Shown: one piece after another, positions 20,301-30,068 of the stretch | How the letters are laid out: the number at the start of each line of letters is the position of its first letter | How positions within the stretch are numbered: position 1 is the first letter of the stretch | Virus record (IMG/VR): IMGVR_UViG_3300033148_002122 | Coordinates: 52,753 to 116,752 of that record | Direction: 5' to 3' (one strand) | From: a virus | DNA: 64,000 nt | Translations under genes and position numbers: made by a program | The notes under the pieces: generated by a model | The model's input: the letters and a program-made list of their open reading frames with translations, nothing else | Told to the model about the DNA's origin: nothing | The model's database searches: none

Positions 20301-23300
20301 CTACAAGTTTATTGAAGATATTATTAAGCCTCATAATCCAATACAGTCTCCAGCTAGTGGTGGAGTTATTAACAAGTGGTCAACGTATGAAAAGGCTAGA
20401 ATTAGTTCAGTAAATCCTATAACACTTCCCGAAGAAACTGCATGGAATGGTGATACCATAGCCATAACGGGTACTGGACTTGACTATTATACTTACCCAT
20501 TCTCACCCATACTGTACCACACAGAAGGGGATTCTGCTTGGGATAATTATTCAGCACAAGCCTATAACCTATTTCCAAATCCTATACGTGCTATTACAGT
20601 AAACAAGGCAACAGAAACTATTTATTTTGGTGGTCCGATAAAACTAGATAATGAATATCCAGAAGAGTGGGCAATACTGGGTAGTAAGCAACCAGGAGTA
20701 GGAAATAGTGTTTCCTATTTTTCGCTATCTGGTTATGAGAGCGGAACGCTATACTCACTAGAGTATTACAACGACAACATACACATTTTTGGTGACATAG
20801 TAGCGTCTGGGTTTGGTGCCCTAGGAGATAATGTAGGGTGGAGACTTGATAACAACGGTTTTTTGTCTGGTGCGGCAGCCACTCCAACAGGTTGGGAACC
20901 AAAAGCTAGAGGATCTTTCGTACATAGTGATACTATTTATGTATGTGGTGGGGAAACTGAAGGGTGGGTTGGTACATTAATTCCCGATTACGTAACTGGC
21001 GGTGATTACATTAGTGTATTACACAGTCATGGCGAGATACCATATCCAGTAAATGACGTTATTACCGTGGGCAACATGATAATAATAGCTGTTGGTAACA
21101 CAGATGGAGGAAATACTTACGGAAATATAATGATAAGTATTGACGGAGGTTTTACCTTTGAGTATGTGTATTCAGGTAGTTTCAACGGATCGGTTCAAAA
21201 ACTACAAGAAGGTGGTGTTGGAGAGTATGTTTACATCGGTGGGTTATTCGACACACATACTATTCTAGGTTCTAACTATGGAGGAGCCGCAAGATTACAA
21301 GTAATTAACGAAGTACAATTATCCTCACCAGAAACAATGGGTACAGGCCCAGGGGCAACTCCAGAAGTATTTGGTTGTAAGTTACACACTAATGAGTACG
21401 ATAAATATATTTATTATTTTGGTAGAAGGATATTAAAAAGATGGAATGTACAGACAGAATTATGGGAGGACCACCCAGTTAGCGTAGCTGGTTTTAATGC
21501 GTTTTCTTATGTACATGATATGCATACGTATGACTACAACTTACAGGGTGCTTTGCTTCCACCAGATTTTAGAAGAGTTTATGAAGAACTAAACGGTTCA
21601 CCTCCAGATTGGCCTGCTTGCCAGGGTCCATTTTTATGTATGTTCATAGGTGAGTTACCTAGTTTGTATTCAGATCCTGTTGAGTATCCATTCTTAAACC
21701 AAGCATTTATATCTAGTAGAACTGCCAGTACTGCTGGTATTGTCGGGAATGCTATTGATGGATTTGTTTTTAGATTAGCAAATCCAGCCATAACAGATAG
21801 TTATCTAAGATACTTAGGAGACTCCCAGTACGGACCACCATATTCAGATCCTTCTGAATGGAGGTATATAGATAACGGGTATGAATATGCCAAGCGTGTT
21901 AGTACCTATGTAGTCAGGCATTTTAATCCGAGTAGCGTATTAACGTCTGTTGAATTTTTAGATGATTACGTAAGAGCAGCCGTATCACCAGTGTCACCTG
22001 ATAGTGATATATGGAATAACTGTAGAAGACCCGGATATGGTTCTGAGCTTCCGGCTACTACGCATGTGGCTACACCTGGAAGTAATTCAGTGTATGATAT
22101 CTTTAATGCTGCTGGAATATTAGTAACACCAAAGATTTCTCCAGTTAGTAATCTATTTGCGTTTATGCTAGACTGTCCCCCAGGAGTTGATGTTAATGAC
22201 TGGGAAGCCGAAGGTGGTAGTACAGTTACAATGCTGTGTTTCCCAATGAGTGACACAACTGGGGCACAGTATAATGATCCAGATGGCTTAATGTCACTTG
22301 GAGAACTAAACCCAGGTAGACTGGCTGTTATTGGTGGTATAGAATTACAAGAAACTATTACACCTACAACTGACTACCTGCATATATCATCCAGAAAAAA
22401 TACAAAAGTTAAAGAATTATCAGGATATCTTGGTTCACTAAATGATAGACAGGCTAGTGTGTATACACCTATTCCTGGGTTTATTCCGACCTACTCTCTA
22501 AAGCATATGACTAATCAAAGTTCTATACTTGAGAATGCTACTGTGGTATACTCATCGTTGTTTAACTCCGGTTTAATCGTGGACACAAACCTAGATAGTA
22601 CTAGCGGTTCTTATTCGTTTGGCCCAAGAGTTGCTACTGATGAAGAAAACCAAAGAATTGAAAATCATACACTCATAGTAACTGACCTGGGTGAGTCCTA
22701 TATTAAAAGCGAATTTGGTGCAAAGAGCTATGACTTTAATCCCTTTGATGACGTTGTTGATCCTGCTACTGGTGACGCAGCACACATTAACAGGTGGTGG
22801 GGAGGATCTCAGTATAACATGGCTTCTAATGAAGATATACTGGATTCAAGGATGACTATCATGCATGGTAGTCACCAGTTACACTTATTCTCTTGTATTA
22901 AACGGGATTCCGCTGGGTCTACCATCTCACTACAAGGGTATCGTGAGTTTGATTACATAAATAATCCAACAGGAAGGTTGACACCAAGTGGAAATGCTGT
23001 TATACTAGACCCACCTGGAACATTCCAGGCAGTGTACTACGATGTTCTCCCAAAAGTTTCTGGGGATGGTTTCTACCTAGTAACCTGTCGTGGTCCTAGT
23101 CCCTATGACTCTGTTTCTAATAGTAGTGGTGGTGTTGAAGAGGATAACTGGAGTTTCTATTTCCACGACTATAGTTTTAACACTGGTGGTGGGATAACAC
23201 ATCTGTCATCAACCAAGTTTAACTTTACCCTAGATGGTCAAACAGCTAGAGAGAGTTGGGGTGTGTATGGATTCAGAGAGCCATCTCTAGCCTGGGTTGG

Positions 23301-24042
23301 GTATGACTCTAACCATGTACCAATAATCGCAATGTCTTTTGTAATAGACTATGGGTATCACAGTGATACGTATGACGATTCGTTAGTATACGAGTCTAGA
23401 ATTTCGTTAACACTAGTAAAAGCAACAGATTGGACATTCAAGACAACAAGAGGATACAGTCCTTATACTGGGGTTCCTGTAGTTTATATAGTAAGGATAG
23501 TTTCACCATCATCATTTCCTCCTGAATGGGAAGAGACAGGATATGCAAGATTTGCTGGGTATGGCCGACACTATTCTCCACAGATATGGACAAACTGTAT
23601 TATTAAGAACGGTGATATAAGTGCTACTGCTACAACTATTCATGTTCCCTATATTATAAACAATATAGATCTAGATTCTGACTACGAGGGTCAGCAACAT
23701 AGGTGGAACTCAGGAAAGACTAGACAAATTGATGCCTTTGGTCATGTTCATTACTGTGTCCGTAAGTTTGACTCAGTTGGTGAAGAAGATGATTTTGAAA
23801 ACTTAGTTCCTTATGGTGAACAATTTAGGTCTATGGGTATTAACGGAGGCCAATTTGTGTGTGACCAGGATAACTGGGGTAATGTTGTAGTTGGATACAC
23901 TACAAAACCGGATGCTGACAAAATGAACGAATACAACTATGACAAGCTATATCCACAGTATAGAATACTAAAGATTGAGAGAGTAATTAATAATATGATA
24001 GACATAGATATGGCTATTCCTATTATCCCAGATAGAATGTAA
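17320..24042 (+). CDS. Very large tail/host-recognition protein with FN3-like and beta-propeller-like segments
   Basis: 2240 aa; 'PDTPTNLTA...NRVTWN...LESGVEYTYKVR...SEYSDTV' FN3 signature; 'IYFGG/IYVCGG/VYIGG' propeller-type repeats. Confidence 0.5.
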   Translation: MAKDEIIRSQRKQVNKQIKEHLGSGNLVDFSDRKNTSAIIYSENIPDVPVQHVDKLLWRGYWFIYEQPGVYVPSPSSIETYVEVSVNDPTNSQSSMISQEPDGGKFFYEFIYSGSDYNEYRYVNLGVYTTFIPAVTGAIPITFAASVGDRVALYQDGILLTNGYSQNGGRVTASINLRKNTRTTLSLQFYSPSYKDEDSPLSRFARIYTNIANYVLAYGDAKPDTPTNLTAIASDEGNRVTWNISSSTAQYVAGTEVYHQREDDNSFHLSGIVEGLETEFIHNKDIYDHFPNGDLEYSPIQIHIGGGSWEYESIFIEGYGNVHSLHLSHTDNGWENYAYSADQNEFFRWRFGSDDDIPLQADCGIYLYHVDNRGDSIGELRSHASDYALEFPTDTFLDDRSLEGILDDVLDCPNSSGFWCLALNPNEVSAGSESDRHFALGIDDIIINGNYDYRLTFQSRLALTGKYDPVNGFEDYSEDDAYAEASPTVYYKVKAVVDNSYIVEDDSWVALGTVLPSLNGWGFNSMVATAEDMTAAIVELIPEGSVFVVSAIQFKFSLLDDELDYDSVNDNMYYKMWLLGGVDLFPVQGATLESGVEYTYKVRHFTNGHILSEYSDTVSVVAVMPQAPTSVDVNMIDVEADTKWNNITPLEVVVSSLSELQTIPRLEMKHTGSSNIYGASYIEPAGPDGWVSVPVGAITEGMSDPDHLHTKWTIQAQHMKDMGFWAEWLYYTGLDFPSEITDYYSHQFTQHDRYEFRVVASPVGEEVIDIEHLFYAVYDTEPPSCYVEVTDLYSRLSSSIDGYVLHGGKSLLESPSSNSSEITVRFMLKIPETTTITGLSAEYDWRADGSKFRYLIVKNIGVDLHKPISLLEYEWDPLTTYIYGGFGSSTVQEYYEDNFVDYYGNTVSSYDHDYVYGLKLNEDYDEWHEYNRDTVHEVSFTLEADDVLIGVDIYIEVENSIGERFEYGLYAIDLSSIYENYLYKTTSYISSLTGYKFIEDIIKPHNPIQSPASGGVINKWSTYEKARISSVNPITLPEETAWNGDTIAITGTGLDYYTYPFSPILYHTEGDSAWDNYSAQAYNLFPNPIRAITVNKATETIYFGGPIKLDNEYPEEWAILGSKQPGVGNSVSYFSLSGYESGTLYSLEYYNDNIHIFGDIVASGFGALGDNVGWRLDNNGFLSGAAATPTGWEPKARGSFVHSDTIYVCGGETEGWVGTLIPDYVTGGDYISVLHSHGEIPYPVNDVITVGNMIIIAVGNTDGGNTYGNIMISIDGGFTFEYVYSGSFNGSVQKLQEGGVGEYVYIGGLFDTHTILGSNYGGAARLQVINEVQLSSPETMGTGPGATPEVFGCKLHTNEYDKYIYYFGRRILKRWNVQTELWEDHPVSVAGFNAFSYVHDMHTYDYNLQGALLPPDFRRVYEELNGSPPDWPACQGPFLCMFIGELPSLYSDPVEYPFLNQAFISSRTASTAGIVGNAIDGFVFRLANPAITDSYLRYLGDSQYGPPYSDPSEWRYIDNGYEYAKRVSTYVVRHFNPSSVLTSVEFLDDYVRAAVSPVSPDSDIWNNCRRPGYGSELPATTHVATPGSNSVYDIFNAAGILVTPKISPVSNLFAFMLDCPPGVDVNDWEAEGGSTVTMLCFPMSDTTGAQYNDPDGLMSLGELNPGRLAVIGGIELQETITPTTDYLHISSRKNTKVKELSGYLGSLNDRQASVYTPIPGFIPTYSLKHMTNQSSILENATVVYSSLFNSGLIVDTNLDSTSGSYSFGPRVATDEENQRIENHTLIVTDLGESYIKSEFGAKSYDFNPFDDVVDPATGDAAHINRWWGGSQYNMASNEDILDSRMTIMHGSHQLHLFSCIKRDSAGSTISLQGYREFDYINNPTGRLTPSGNAVILDPPGTFQAVYYDVLPKVSGDGFYLVTCRGPSPYDSVSNSSGGVEEDNWSFYFHDYSFNTGGGITHLSSTKFNFTLDGQTARESWGVYGFREPSLAWVGYDSNHVPIIAMSFVIDYGYHSDTYDDSLVYESRISLTLVKATDWTFKTTRGYSPYTGVPVVYIVRIVSPSSFPPEWEETGYARFAGYGRHYSPQIWTNCIIKNGDISATATTIHVPYIINNIDLDSDYEGQQHRWNSGKTRQIDAFGHVHYCVRKFDSVGEEDDFENLVPYGEQFRSMGINGGQFVCDQDNWGNVVVGYTTKPDADKMNEYNYDKLYPQYRILKIERVINNMIDIDMAIPIIPDRM

Positions 24043-24052
24043 AGGAAGTGGT

Positions 24053-24694
24053 ATGAAAATTTCTGTGTTACTGCCTATGCGTGATTCAGATAGTGATTCT
24101 GTGGATGGGCTAAGGACTTTGATAGAGAATAGAACAGGCGATAATGAACTTGAGATACTGTTTGGTGTAGATAGAGATGATGACTCATGGAAACAGGTTA
24201 CGGCTATGCTGGATGAGGAGTTTCCTGAAATTGAGTACGTTGTATGCGTTACCAAGCAATTTGGATACACTAGCCTGTATGAGTACATGAACCGATTGGC
24301 AGCGTTGTCAACAGGTGATTGGCTTATGATGTGGAATAATGATGTCTACATGATAGGAAAAACATGGGACTTAGGTATAAATAAAGACTTATTTAAGTTG
24401 TATTACCTACAGTCTGATAATCAGTGTGAATTTCCTGTGTTTCCGAGAAAATGGTTTGAACTTACAGGAAGAATCTCTTTGTCTAGGCATTGTGATTCGT
24501 GGATGTTATACATAGGAAGAGAAATTCTTACAAAGGAGGGTGCCGTGCTATCTGAGTTACCAAACTCTAGGGTTAATCACCTGAAAAAAGTAAAACAAGT
24601 GTATGATAATAAACATTTTAAGGACTTAGCCAGTGAGAGAAATATTGATAAGAACAGGATTGTGGACTACTTAAAAAGTGAGGGACTAATATGA
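24053..24694 (+). CDS. Glycosyltransferase family 2 (GT-A fold)
   Basis: 'KISVLLPMR...EILFGVDRDD...MNRLAALSTGDWLMMWNNDV'. Confidence 0.8.
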   Translation: MKISVLLPMRDSDSDSVDGLRTLIENRTGDNELEILFGVDRDDDSWKQVTAMLDEEFPEIEYVVCVTKQFGYTSLYEYMNRLAALSTGDWLMMWNNDVYMIGKTWDLGINKDLFKLYYLQSDNQCEFPVFPRKWFELTGRISLSRHCDSWMLYIGREILTKEGAVLSELPNSRVNHLKKVKQVYDNKHFKDLASERNIDKNRIVDYLKSEGLI

Positions 24695-25941
24695 ATATAG
24701 GTTTTGTAGGGCTTGGTAAACTAGGACTACCGTGTGCGCTAGCTATTGAGGGCAAGGGTCATACTATTTACGGTACTGATACTAACCAGGATGTCATTAA
24801 GAATATAGTATTTAAGCAAATTCCGTATAAAGAAGAGGGTGCCCAAAAAGCTTTGACTAATGCAGAACATCTTTATCTTTCTGAATTACCAGCTATTGTT
24901 GAGAAGTCAGATATAATTTTTGTTCCTATTCAGACTCCACATCAACCTGAGTACGAAGGTTGTGTTCGTATTCCAGATGACAGAATAGACTTCGACTATA
25001 CTTGGTTAAAGGCAGGCGTTAAAGAACTATCTGATGAGATAGGCAAGCAGGGTGTAGACAAGATTGTTGTAATTATTTCCACAGTACTTCCGGGTACTAT
25101 TGAGAGAGAGATTAAACCATTACTTTCTGATCATGTAAAGCTATGTTATAATCCATTCTTTATTGCAATGGGAACGTGTATGCAGGATTTTCTTCATCCT
25201 GAGTTCATACTTATGGGTGTAGACGATGAGTATGCTGCACAAAAAACAACTGAATTCTATGCCACGATTACTGATGCTCCTGTTCAGCAAATGAGTATTG
25301 CTAGTGCAGAGTTGGCGAAAGTTGCATACAATACATACATTGGTCAAAAGATTGTCTTTATTAATGCCATGATGGAAATATGTCACAAGACTGGTGCCAA
25401 TGTTGATGACATTACCAGGGCAATCAGATCGGCCAATAAGCGAATCATTAGCCCAGCATATCTAGAGGGTGGAATGGGGGACGGTGGCGGCTGTCACCCA
25501 AGAGACAATATTGCACTTTCTTGGCTGGCTCGTAAGCTCAATCTTAGCTATGATTTATTTGAGTCTGTTATGGAATGCCGTGAGAAACAGACAGAGTGGA
25601 TAGCTAGTATGGCCTTTGATGAGGCATCAGCTAGAGAATTACCGATAGTTATTCTTGGTAAATCGTTTAAGCCTGAAAGTAATATTGAGACAGGAAGTCC
25701 AGCACATCTTCTTCGCAATATAATTACTGAGATAGACCCAAACCAGCCTAAGATGTGGGATCCACATATTGATGGTCTTGAGTTATCAAGAGAAATAATG
25801 TTTACACCCGCAGTGTTCGTTATTGCCACGAAGCATAAATACTTTGGCAGCCTAGGCTTTCCTACAGGGTCTGTTGTCATTGATCCATGGCGTTACATAC
25901 AGGATCAGGATGGGGTAGATGTAATTAGATTAGGAGAATAG
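24691..25941 (+). CDS. ugd: UDP-glucose/GDP-mannose 6-dehydrogenase family protein
   Basis: GFVGLGKLG Rossmann motif, STVLPGT, AELAKVAYN, GGGCHPRD catalytic Cys, LGKSFKPES. Confidence 0.88.
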   Translation: MNIGFVGLGKLGLPCALAIEGKGHTIYGTDTNQDVIKNIVFKQIPYKEEGAQKALTNAEHLYLSELPAIVEKSDIIFVPIQTPHQPEYEGCVRIPDDRIDFDYTWLKAGVKELSDEIGKQGVDKIVVIISTVLPGTIEREIKPLLSDHVKLCYNPFFIAMGTCMQDFLHPEFILMGVDDEYAAQKTTEFYATITDAPVQQMSIASAELAKVAYNTYIGQKIVFINAMMEICHKTGANVDDITRAIRSANKRIISPAYLEGGMGDGGGCHPRDNIALSWLARKLNLSYDLFESVMECREKQTEWIASMAFDEASARELPIVILGKSFKPESNIETGSPAHLLRNIITEIDPNQPKMWDPHIDGLELSREIMFTPAVFVIATKHKYFGSLGFPTGSVVIDPWRYIQDQDGVDVIRLGE

Positions 25942-25942
25942 A

Positions 25943-27346
25943 ATGGGATTAAAGGAAAAGATGCTAGAGAGTAAGGTAGTTCTTATTTCTTTGCCAGTTC
26001 CTTTTGCGGATGAGCCAGCAATGAACCCACCACTTGGGCTTTGTTATATAATGAGCTATCTAAAGGAAAAAGGAATTAAAAATGTTGAAATAGTAGACTA
26101 TGCGTTATCAAATGACTATGATTTCTTTGACTCAAAAGAATACCTAAAACTTTTACCGTCAGATGCTGACTACTATGGTGTTTATTGTACTACCTCACAG
26201 TTTCACTGGCTTCATGAAGTAAGTGATTATCTTACAAAGAAAACACAAGGGGTTATAGTTGCTGGTGGTCCTCACCCAACTACTATGGCGCAGCAGACAA
26301 TGCTTGACACAGAAGTTACGTTTGTTGTAAAGGGTGATGGTGAGGAACCAATGTATAGGCTTATAAGAGGAGATGACTATGAGGATATTCCTGGTTTATG
26401 CTACTGGAGTTCCAGGGGTGTTACTGAGAATGCTCATAACGTTCATAGTAAATTAGATTCATTGCCTTTCCCAGAGAGATACAAACTAGAAGAGTATAAA
26501 CGTAGGATAGAGGGTGAAAAGGCAGCACACATTGTTACGCTTAGAGGGTGTCCGTATAACTGTGCTTTCTGCGATAGGCTTTCTGTTGGGCGAAAGATGA
26601 GATACAGAAGTATTGATAACGTACTTCAGGAAATGGATTATATTATAGATAACTACGGTATTAAAGCCTTTGTTATTTATGACGATATCTTTACTCTTAA
26701 GAAGGACAGAACACTTGAATTCTGCGAAGCGTTTAGGCAACGTGATATAAAATGGAGATGTTGGGCTAGGGCTGACCTAGTTGATCGTGACATACTTCAG
26801 TCAATGAAAGACTCAGGAATGGTAAGTATTACATTTGGTATAGAGTCTGGAGATGACCATGTACTTAAGAGTATGCGTAAGGGTACAACGGTAGAAAAAA
26901 ATAGGAATGCGTTACTCCTGTGCAAAGAGCTTGGCATTCCTGTTAGGTGTAGTCTTATGTATGGCAACCCTGGTGAATCCAGGGAATCAATCGAGAATAC
27001 TATTAAGATGATAGAAGAAACTCAGCCTGACGAATGGAACTTGGCTGTGCTACAGCCTATCCCTGGATCAGATATCTGGTATCATCCAGAACAGTTTGGT
27101 ATCAAGTTTGATAAGCAGAGAGTAATTGACCAGCAGTTTCAGATGACTAATCGTTTTGCAGATAGTGGGATTGGTGATATATGGATTGCACTAGAGGGAA
27201 CGTCTGACGAAGAGTTCTCATGCAATCTAAAGTATTTTGTTGAAGAGTTGGAAAGGGTGTGTCCAAGGACTAAGATTCAGGACACCATTCAAACAATAGA
27301 TGTTTGTAAGGTAAAGGAGAAAGATGAACACTCAATACAGGATTGA
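25943..27346 (+). CDS. Cobalamin-binding radical SAM protein (class B methyltransferase-like)
   Basis: PPLGLCYI, GGPHPT, GDGE B12-binding motifs; RGCPYNCAFC; GIESG. Confidence 0.9.
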   Translation: MGLKEKMLESKVVLISLPVPFADEPAMNPPLGLCYIMSYLKEKGIKNVEIVDYALSNDYDFFDSKEYLKLLPSDADYYGVYCTTSQFHWLHEVSDYLTKKTQGVIVAGGPHPTTMAQQTMLDTEVTFVVKGDGEEPMYRLIRGDDYEDIPGLCYWSSRGVTENAHNVHSKLDSLPFPERYKLEEYKRRIEGEKAAHIVTLRGCPYNCAFCDRLSVGRKMRYRSIDNVLQEMDYIIDNYGIKAFVIYDDIFTLKKDRTLEFCEAFRQRDIKWRCWARADLVDRDILQSMKDSGMVSITFGIESGDDHVLKSMRKGTTVEKNRNALLLCKELGIPVRCSLMYGNPGESRESIENTIKMIEETQPDEWNLAVLQPIPGSDIWYHPEQFGIKFDKQRVIDQQFQMTNRFADSGIGDIWIALEGTSDEEFSCNLKYFVEELERVCPRTKIQDTIQTIDVCKVKEKDEHSIQD

Positions 27347-28121
27347 CAAGATAACTGACTGGTTACTAGATTATTATCACCAGACAGGAAGAGACTTTGT
27401 GGTTGGTGTTTCTGGTGGTGTGGATTCTGCCGTTGTGAGTACACTGTGTGCAATGACTAGCGTAAGAACATGGGCAGTTAGTATGTCATTTAATGGAAGC
27501 ATACCAAAGCTGGCTGAAACACATATTACTAGTCTTCAGAAAGAATATGATAATGTTATTCCAGATTATATTTATTTAGACGATATATATAAAAAGTTCA
27601 ATGAGAAATTTGGATCCCTAAGTGGTATATCAGGAGTAAATTTAAAGTCAAGGTTAATGATGTGTGCTTTATATACATTATCGTCTGAGGTTGGTGGCTT
27701 AGTTGTTGGAACTGGTAACAAAGTTGAAGACCTAGGTATTGGTTTCTTTACCAAGTACGGTGATGGCGGTGTGGATCTGTCTCCTATTGGAGATTTAATG
27801 AAAAGCAGTGTGTACGATATGGCTGCATACCTAAATATTTCAGACAATATAATTAAAGCCCCCCCAACAGACGGACTATGGGGGGACAGCAGAACAGATG
27901 AGGATCAGATTGGCACTAGTTATTTCCAACTTGAGTGGGCAATGCGAGAACCAGTGTCTACCGAATCCAACGAACGTGGAGAACCCAGATATATTAGAAA
28001 CGGTGCTGACTGTACAGTTCACTATACTAATGAACAGAAAAAAGCCCTGCGTATTTACGCAGAGCTAAGACAAAAAAATATGCATAAGATGAGTAGTATT
28101 CCGGTATGTAAATTTACTTAA
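27324..28121 (+). CDS. nadE: NH3-dependent NAD+ synthetase
   Basis: GVSGGVDSAV, NLKSR, GTGNKVE..IGFFTKYGDG, PTDGLW...TDEDQIG. Confidence 0.9.
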   Translation: MNTQYRIDKITDWLLDYYHQTGRDFVVGVSGGVDSAVVSTLCAMTSVRTWAVSMSFNGSIPKLAETHITSLQKEYDNVIPDYIYLDDIYKKFNEKFGSLSGISGVNLKSRLMMCALYTLSSEVGGLVVGTGNKVEDLGIGFFTKYGDGGVDLSPIGDLMKSSVYDMAAYLNISDNIIKAPPTDGLWGDSRTDEDQIGTSYFQLEWAMREPVSTESNERGEPRYIRNGADCTVHYTNEQKKALRIYAELRQKNMHKMSSIPVCKFT

Positions 28122-29013
28122 GATATTCCCAAAATTCCTGAATTGAATCTTTATAATTGTCGGGGTTGCCTAGTTCGAAATCGAATGAGGCTGCTCCGAC
28201 ATTTTCATTTATAGCCAAGTTGCATCCACACAGAGCGGCTTCCATAACGATCCTACCCATTGGTTCAATCCAGTTTGGTAGGTGGACTAGGCACTTTGTG
28301 TTGTTGTAAATACCAGGAAGCTCACTGTAGTCCACACTCTCTTTCCACTTCATACCGTAGTCTTCAACACCAATATCCATAGGGTTTTTACCGATGAAAA
28401 GCACATTAGAAGGCTCTGCATTCACATCTTCTAGGAACTTCAGTGTGTTGAGTATACCCTTGGCAGGTAGCAGAGGAGCTACATACAGGTAGTCAATTTT
28501 TCTGTCAGCAAACTCTTTGTTATTAAACAACTTAGTGTTTATTGTAGGACGAATAACGTGTGATTTGTTTGCCATATCTACATAGGGTAGTAGTGAAAGC
28601 ACTGTCTTGGCATGGAGAGGAGACAGGAAGAACAGTCGTTCTGCCTTCTGATACAACTCCGCAGATTCTGGGTGACAGTGCTGTTCGCACTCGGCGTTAC
28701 ACGGCAGATAATCCTTTTTGCACACATCTACGTATGCGTTATCAAACTTGAAATACTTCTTATGCCTAAGCTTTTCACTCAGCCATTCCTTACTAAATCC
28801 TGGCTGTCCAGGTAAGTTAAAAACATCACAAAAAATATTAAAATCTGCATCATTATTATAATCGTATGTATTATCAGGTGTTATAATTTTAAGATTTTCC
28901 ACGGGTCCGAAGGGTCCGGTTCCCCACGTAAGAAGTTCTCTCATTATGGCCTCACCACCACCTGATGCAGTAGGTGAGTACGGGTCAATCCTAGCCAAGT
29001 AATTAATCTTCAT
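28114..29013 (-). CDS. Glycosyltransferase family 4 (GT-B)
   Basis: GGGE N-terminal loop; 'KGILN'; 'EPMGRIVMEAALCG' EX7E motif. Confidence 0.85.
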   Translation of the reverse strand: MKINYLARIDPYSPTASGGGEAIMRELLTWGTGPFGPVENLKIITPDNTYDYNNDADFNIFCDVFNLPGQPGFSKEWLSEKLRHKKYFKFDNAYVDVCKKDYLPCNAECEQHCHPESAELYQKAERLFFLSPLHAKTVLSLLPYVDMANKSHVIRPTINTKLFNNKEFADRKIDYLYVAPLLPAKGILNTLKFLEDVNAEPSNVLFIGKNPMDIGVEDYGMKWKESVDYSELPGIYNNTKCLVHLPNWIEPMGRIVMEAALCGCNLAINENVGAASFDFELGNPDNYKDSIQEFWEYLK

Positions 29014-29233
29014 TAGCTACAAGTCCTTTCTCATATCCTTCGTCATACCCTTCTGATTTTCCTTGTTCGAAACCTTCTCTGTATCCCTCATTTATTTGTT
29101 CTTTTAAACACTTTACACACATATCTACGTCCACAAAAAGATCTTTATCGTTATCGAGGCTTACTCTAAAATCCAGATCACTCATGCAGTCCGTGCATAA
29201 AACACTATATACTACTGGCATGTTATACCTCAC
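29003..29233 (-). CDS. Hypothetical protein (two CxxC motifs, GYxEG repeats)
   Basis: ORF coupled to its neighbours. Confidence 0.5.
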   Translation of the reverse strand: MRYNMPVVYSVLCTDCMSDLDFRVSLDNDKDLFVDVDMCVKCLKEQINEGYREGFEQGKSEGYDEGYEKGLVANED

Positions 29234-29450
29234 TCTCTAGCTTTTCATTAATTTCTAGTGCCTGTTGAATACCACAGTGTACCGCATCCTCTATAACTGA
29301 TTGTAATTCATAGTAGTATCCTGTATGTGGTAGGATGAATCCTGTTGTGTCATTCCAGTTATCAAAGATATTCAGTGCCCTACGTACTGCGTTATCAACT
29401 TTACCTTGTTTCATTCTATATTTTTCTTGAAGTAATTTGATGTTGTCCAA
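29223..29450 (-). CDS. Hypothetical protein
   Basis: 75-aa ORF with TTG start, in the operon orientation. Confidence 0.5.
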   Translation of the reverse strand: MDNIKLLQEKYRMKQGKVDNAVRRALNIFDNWNDTTGFILPHTGYYYELQSVIEDAVHCGIQQALEINEKLESEV

Positions 29451-29582
29451 CGTTAATCAATGACTCCAGAATTTCTGCAATAGATTTCCCAGAAATACTT
29501 ATGTTTGGAATATCTCTAGTCATTGTAACTGTTGTTCCCTGTGATATAATTTTTATTGATAATTGTGTATCCGCAGAAGACA

Positions 29583-30068
29583 TTATTCCTCCTCTATTGA
29601 AACCGTGGCATTACATTTGGTCTGGTGTACATAGTGCCTTACGCTCATGCCTTGGGCCTCAACCTTTGGCATTCTTCTCAGCAGGGATACCAATACTGAT
29701 ATTTCACCCTCAATTCTTCTGGAATCAAATGGTTTTGCCTCACGCACACACCTGACTCCACCTCTGGGACCAACCCTAATGATTCCCCAAAACTCTGGAA
29801 CCTCACTGTCCTTAAACGCAGACTCTGGACCAAAGTAATATCTATACATACCCATTCCAAGCCCAGGCCATTCTCTGAAAGGTTTTTTAGAATCTGATAG
29901 AAAGTCAGATCGGTTTGCCTTGCACTCAACTATAGCAGATATTCCCCACGGGGAGAACCCTATTGCGTCTGGTTGTTCAAACGCTGACGTAACAATCTCA
30001 GTCGCTACGACTGGGTATTTTTTCTTGAGGAATATCGCTGCCTTTTCTACTAGTTCATCGTGTGTCAT
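29583..30068 (-). CDS. PD-(D/E)XK nuclease-like protein (MmcB-like)
   Basis: 'EQPDAIGF...IVECKANRSDFLSDSKK...G.YRYY'. Confidence 0.7.
   Translation of the reverse strand: MTHDELVEKAAIFLKKKYPVVATEIVTSAFEQPDAIGFSPWGISAIVECKANRSDFLSDSKKPFREWPGLGMGMYRYYFGPESAFKDSEVPEFWGIIRVGPRGGVRCVREAKPFDSRRIEGEISVLVSLLRRMPKVEAQGMSVRHYVHQTKCNATVSIEEE

Noticed and set aside
209-24288. Short antisense and alternate-frame ORFs inside the large structural genes
   Set aside because: They are shadows of long coding frames, with no recognisable motifs or RBS.
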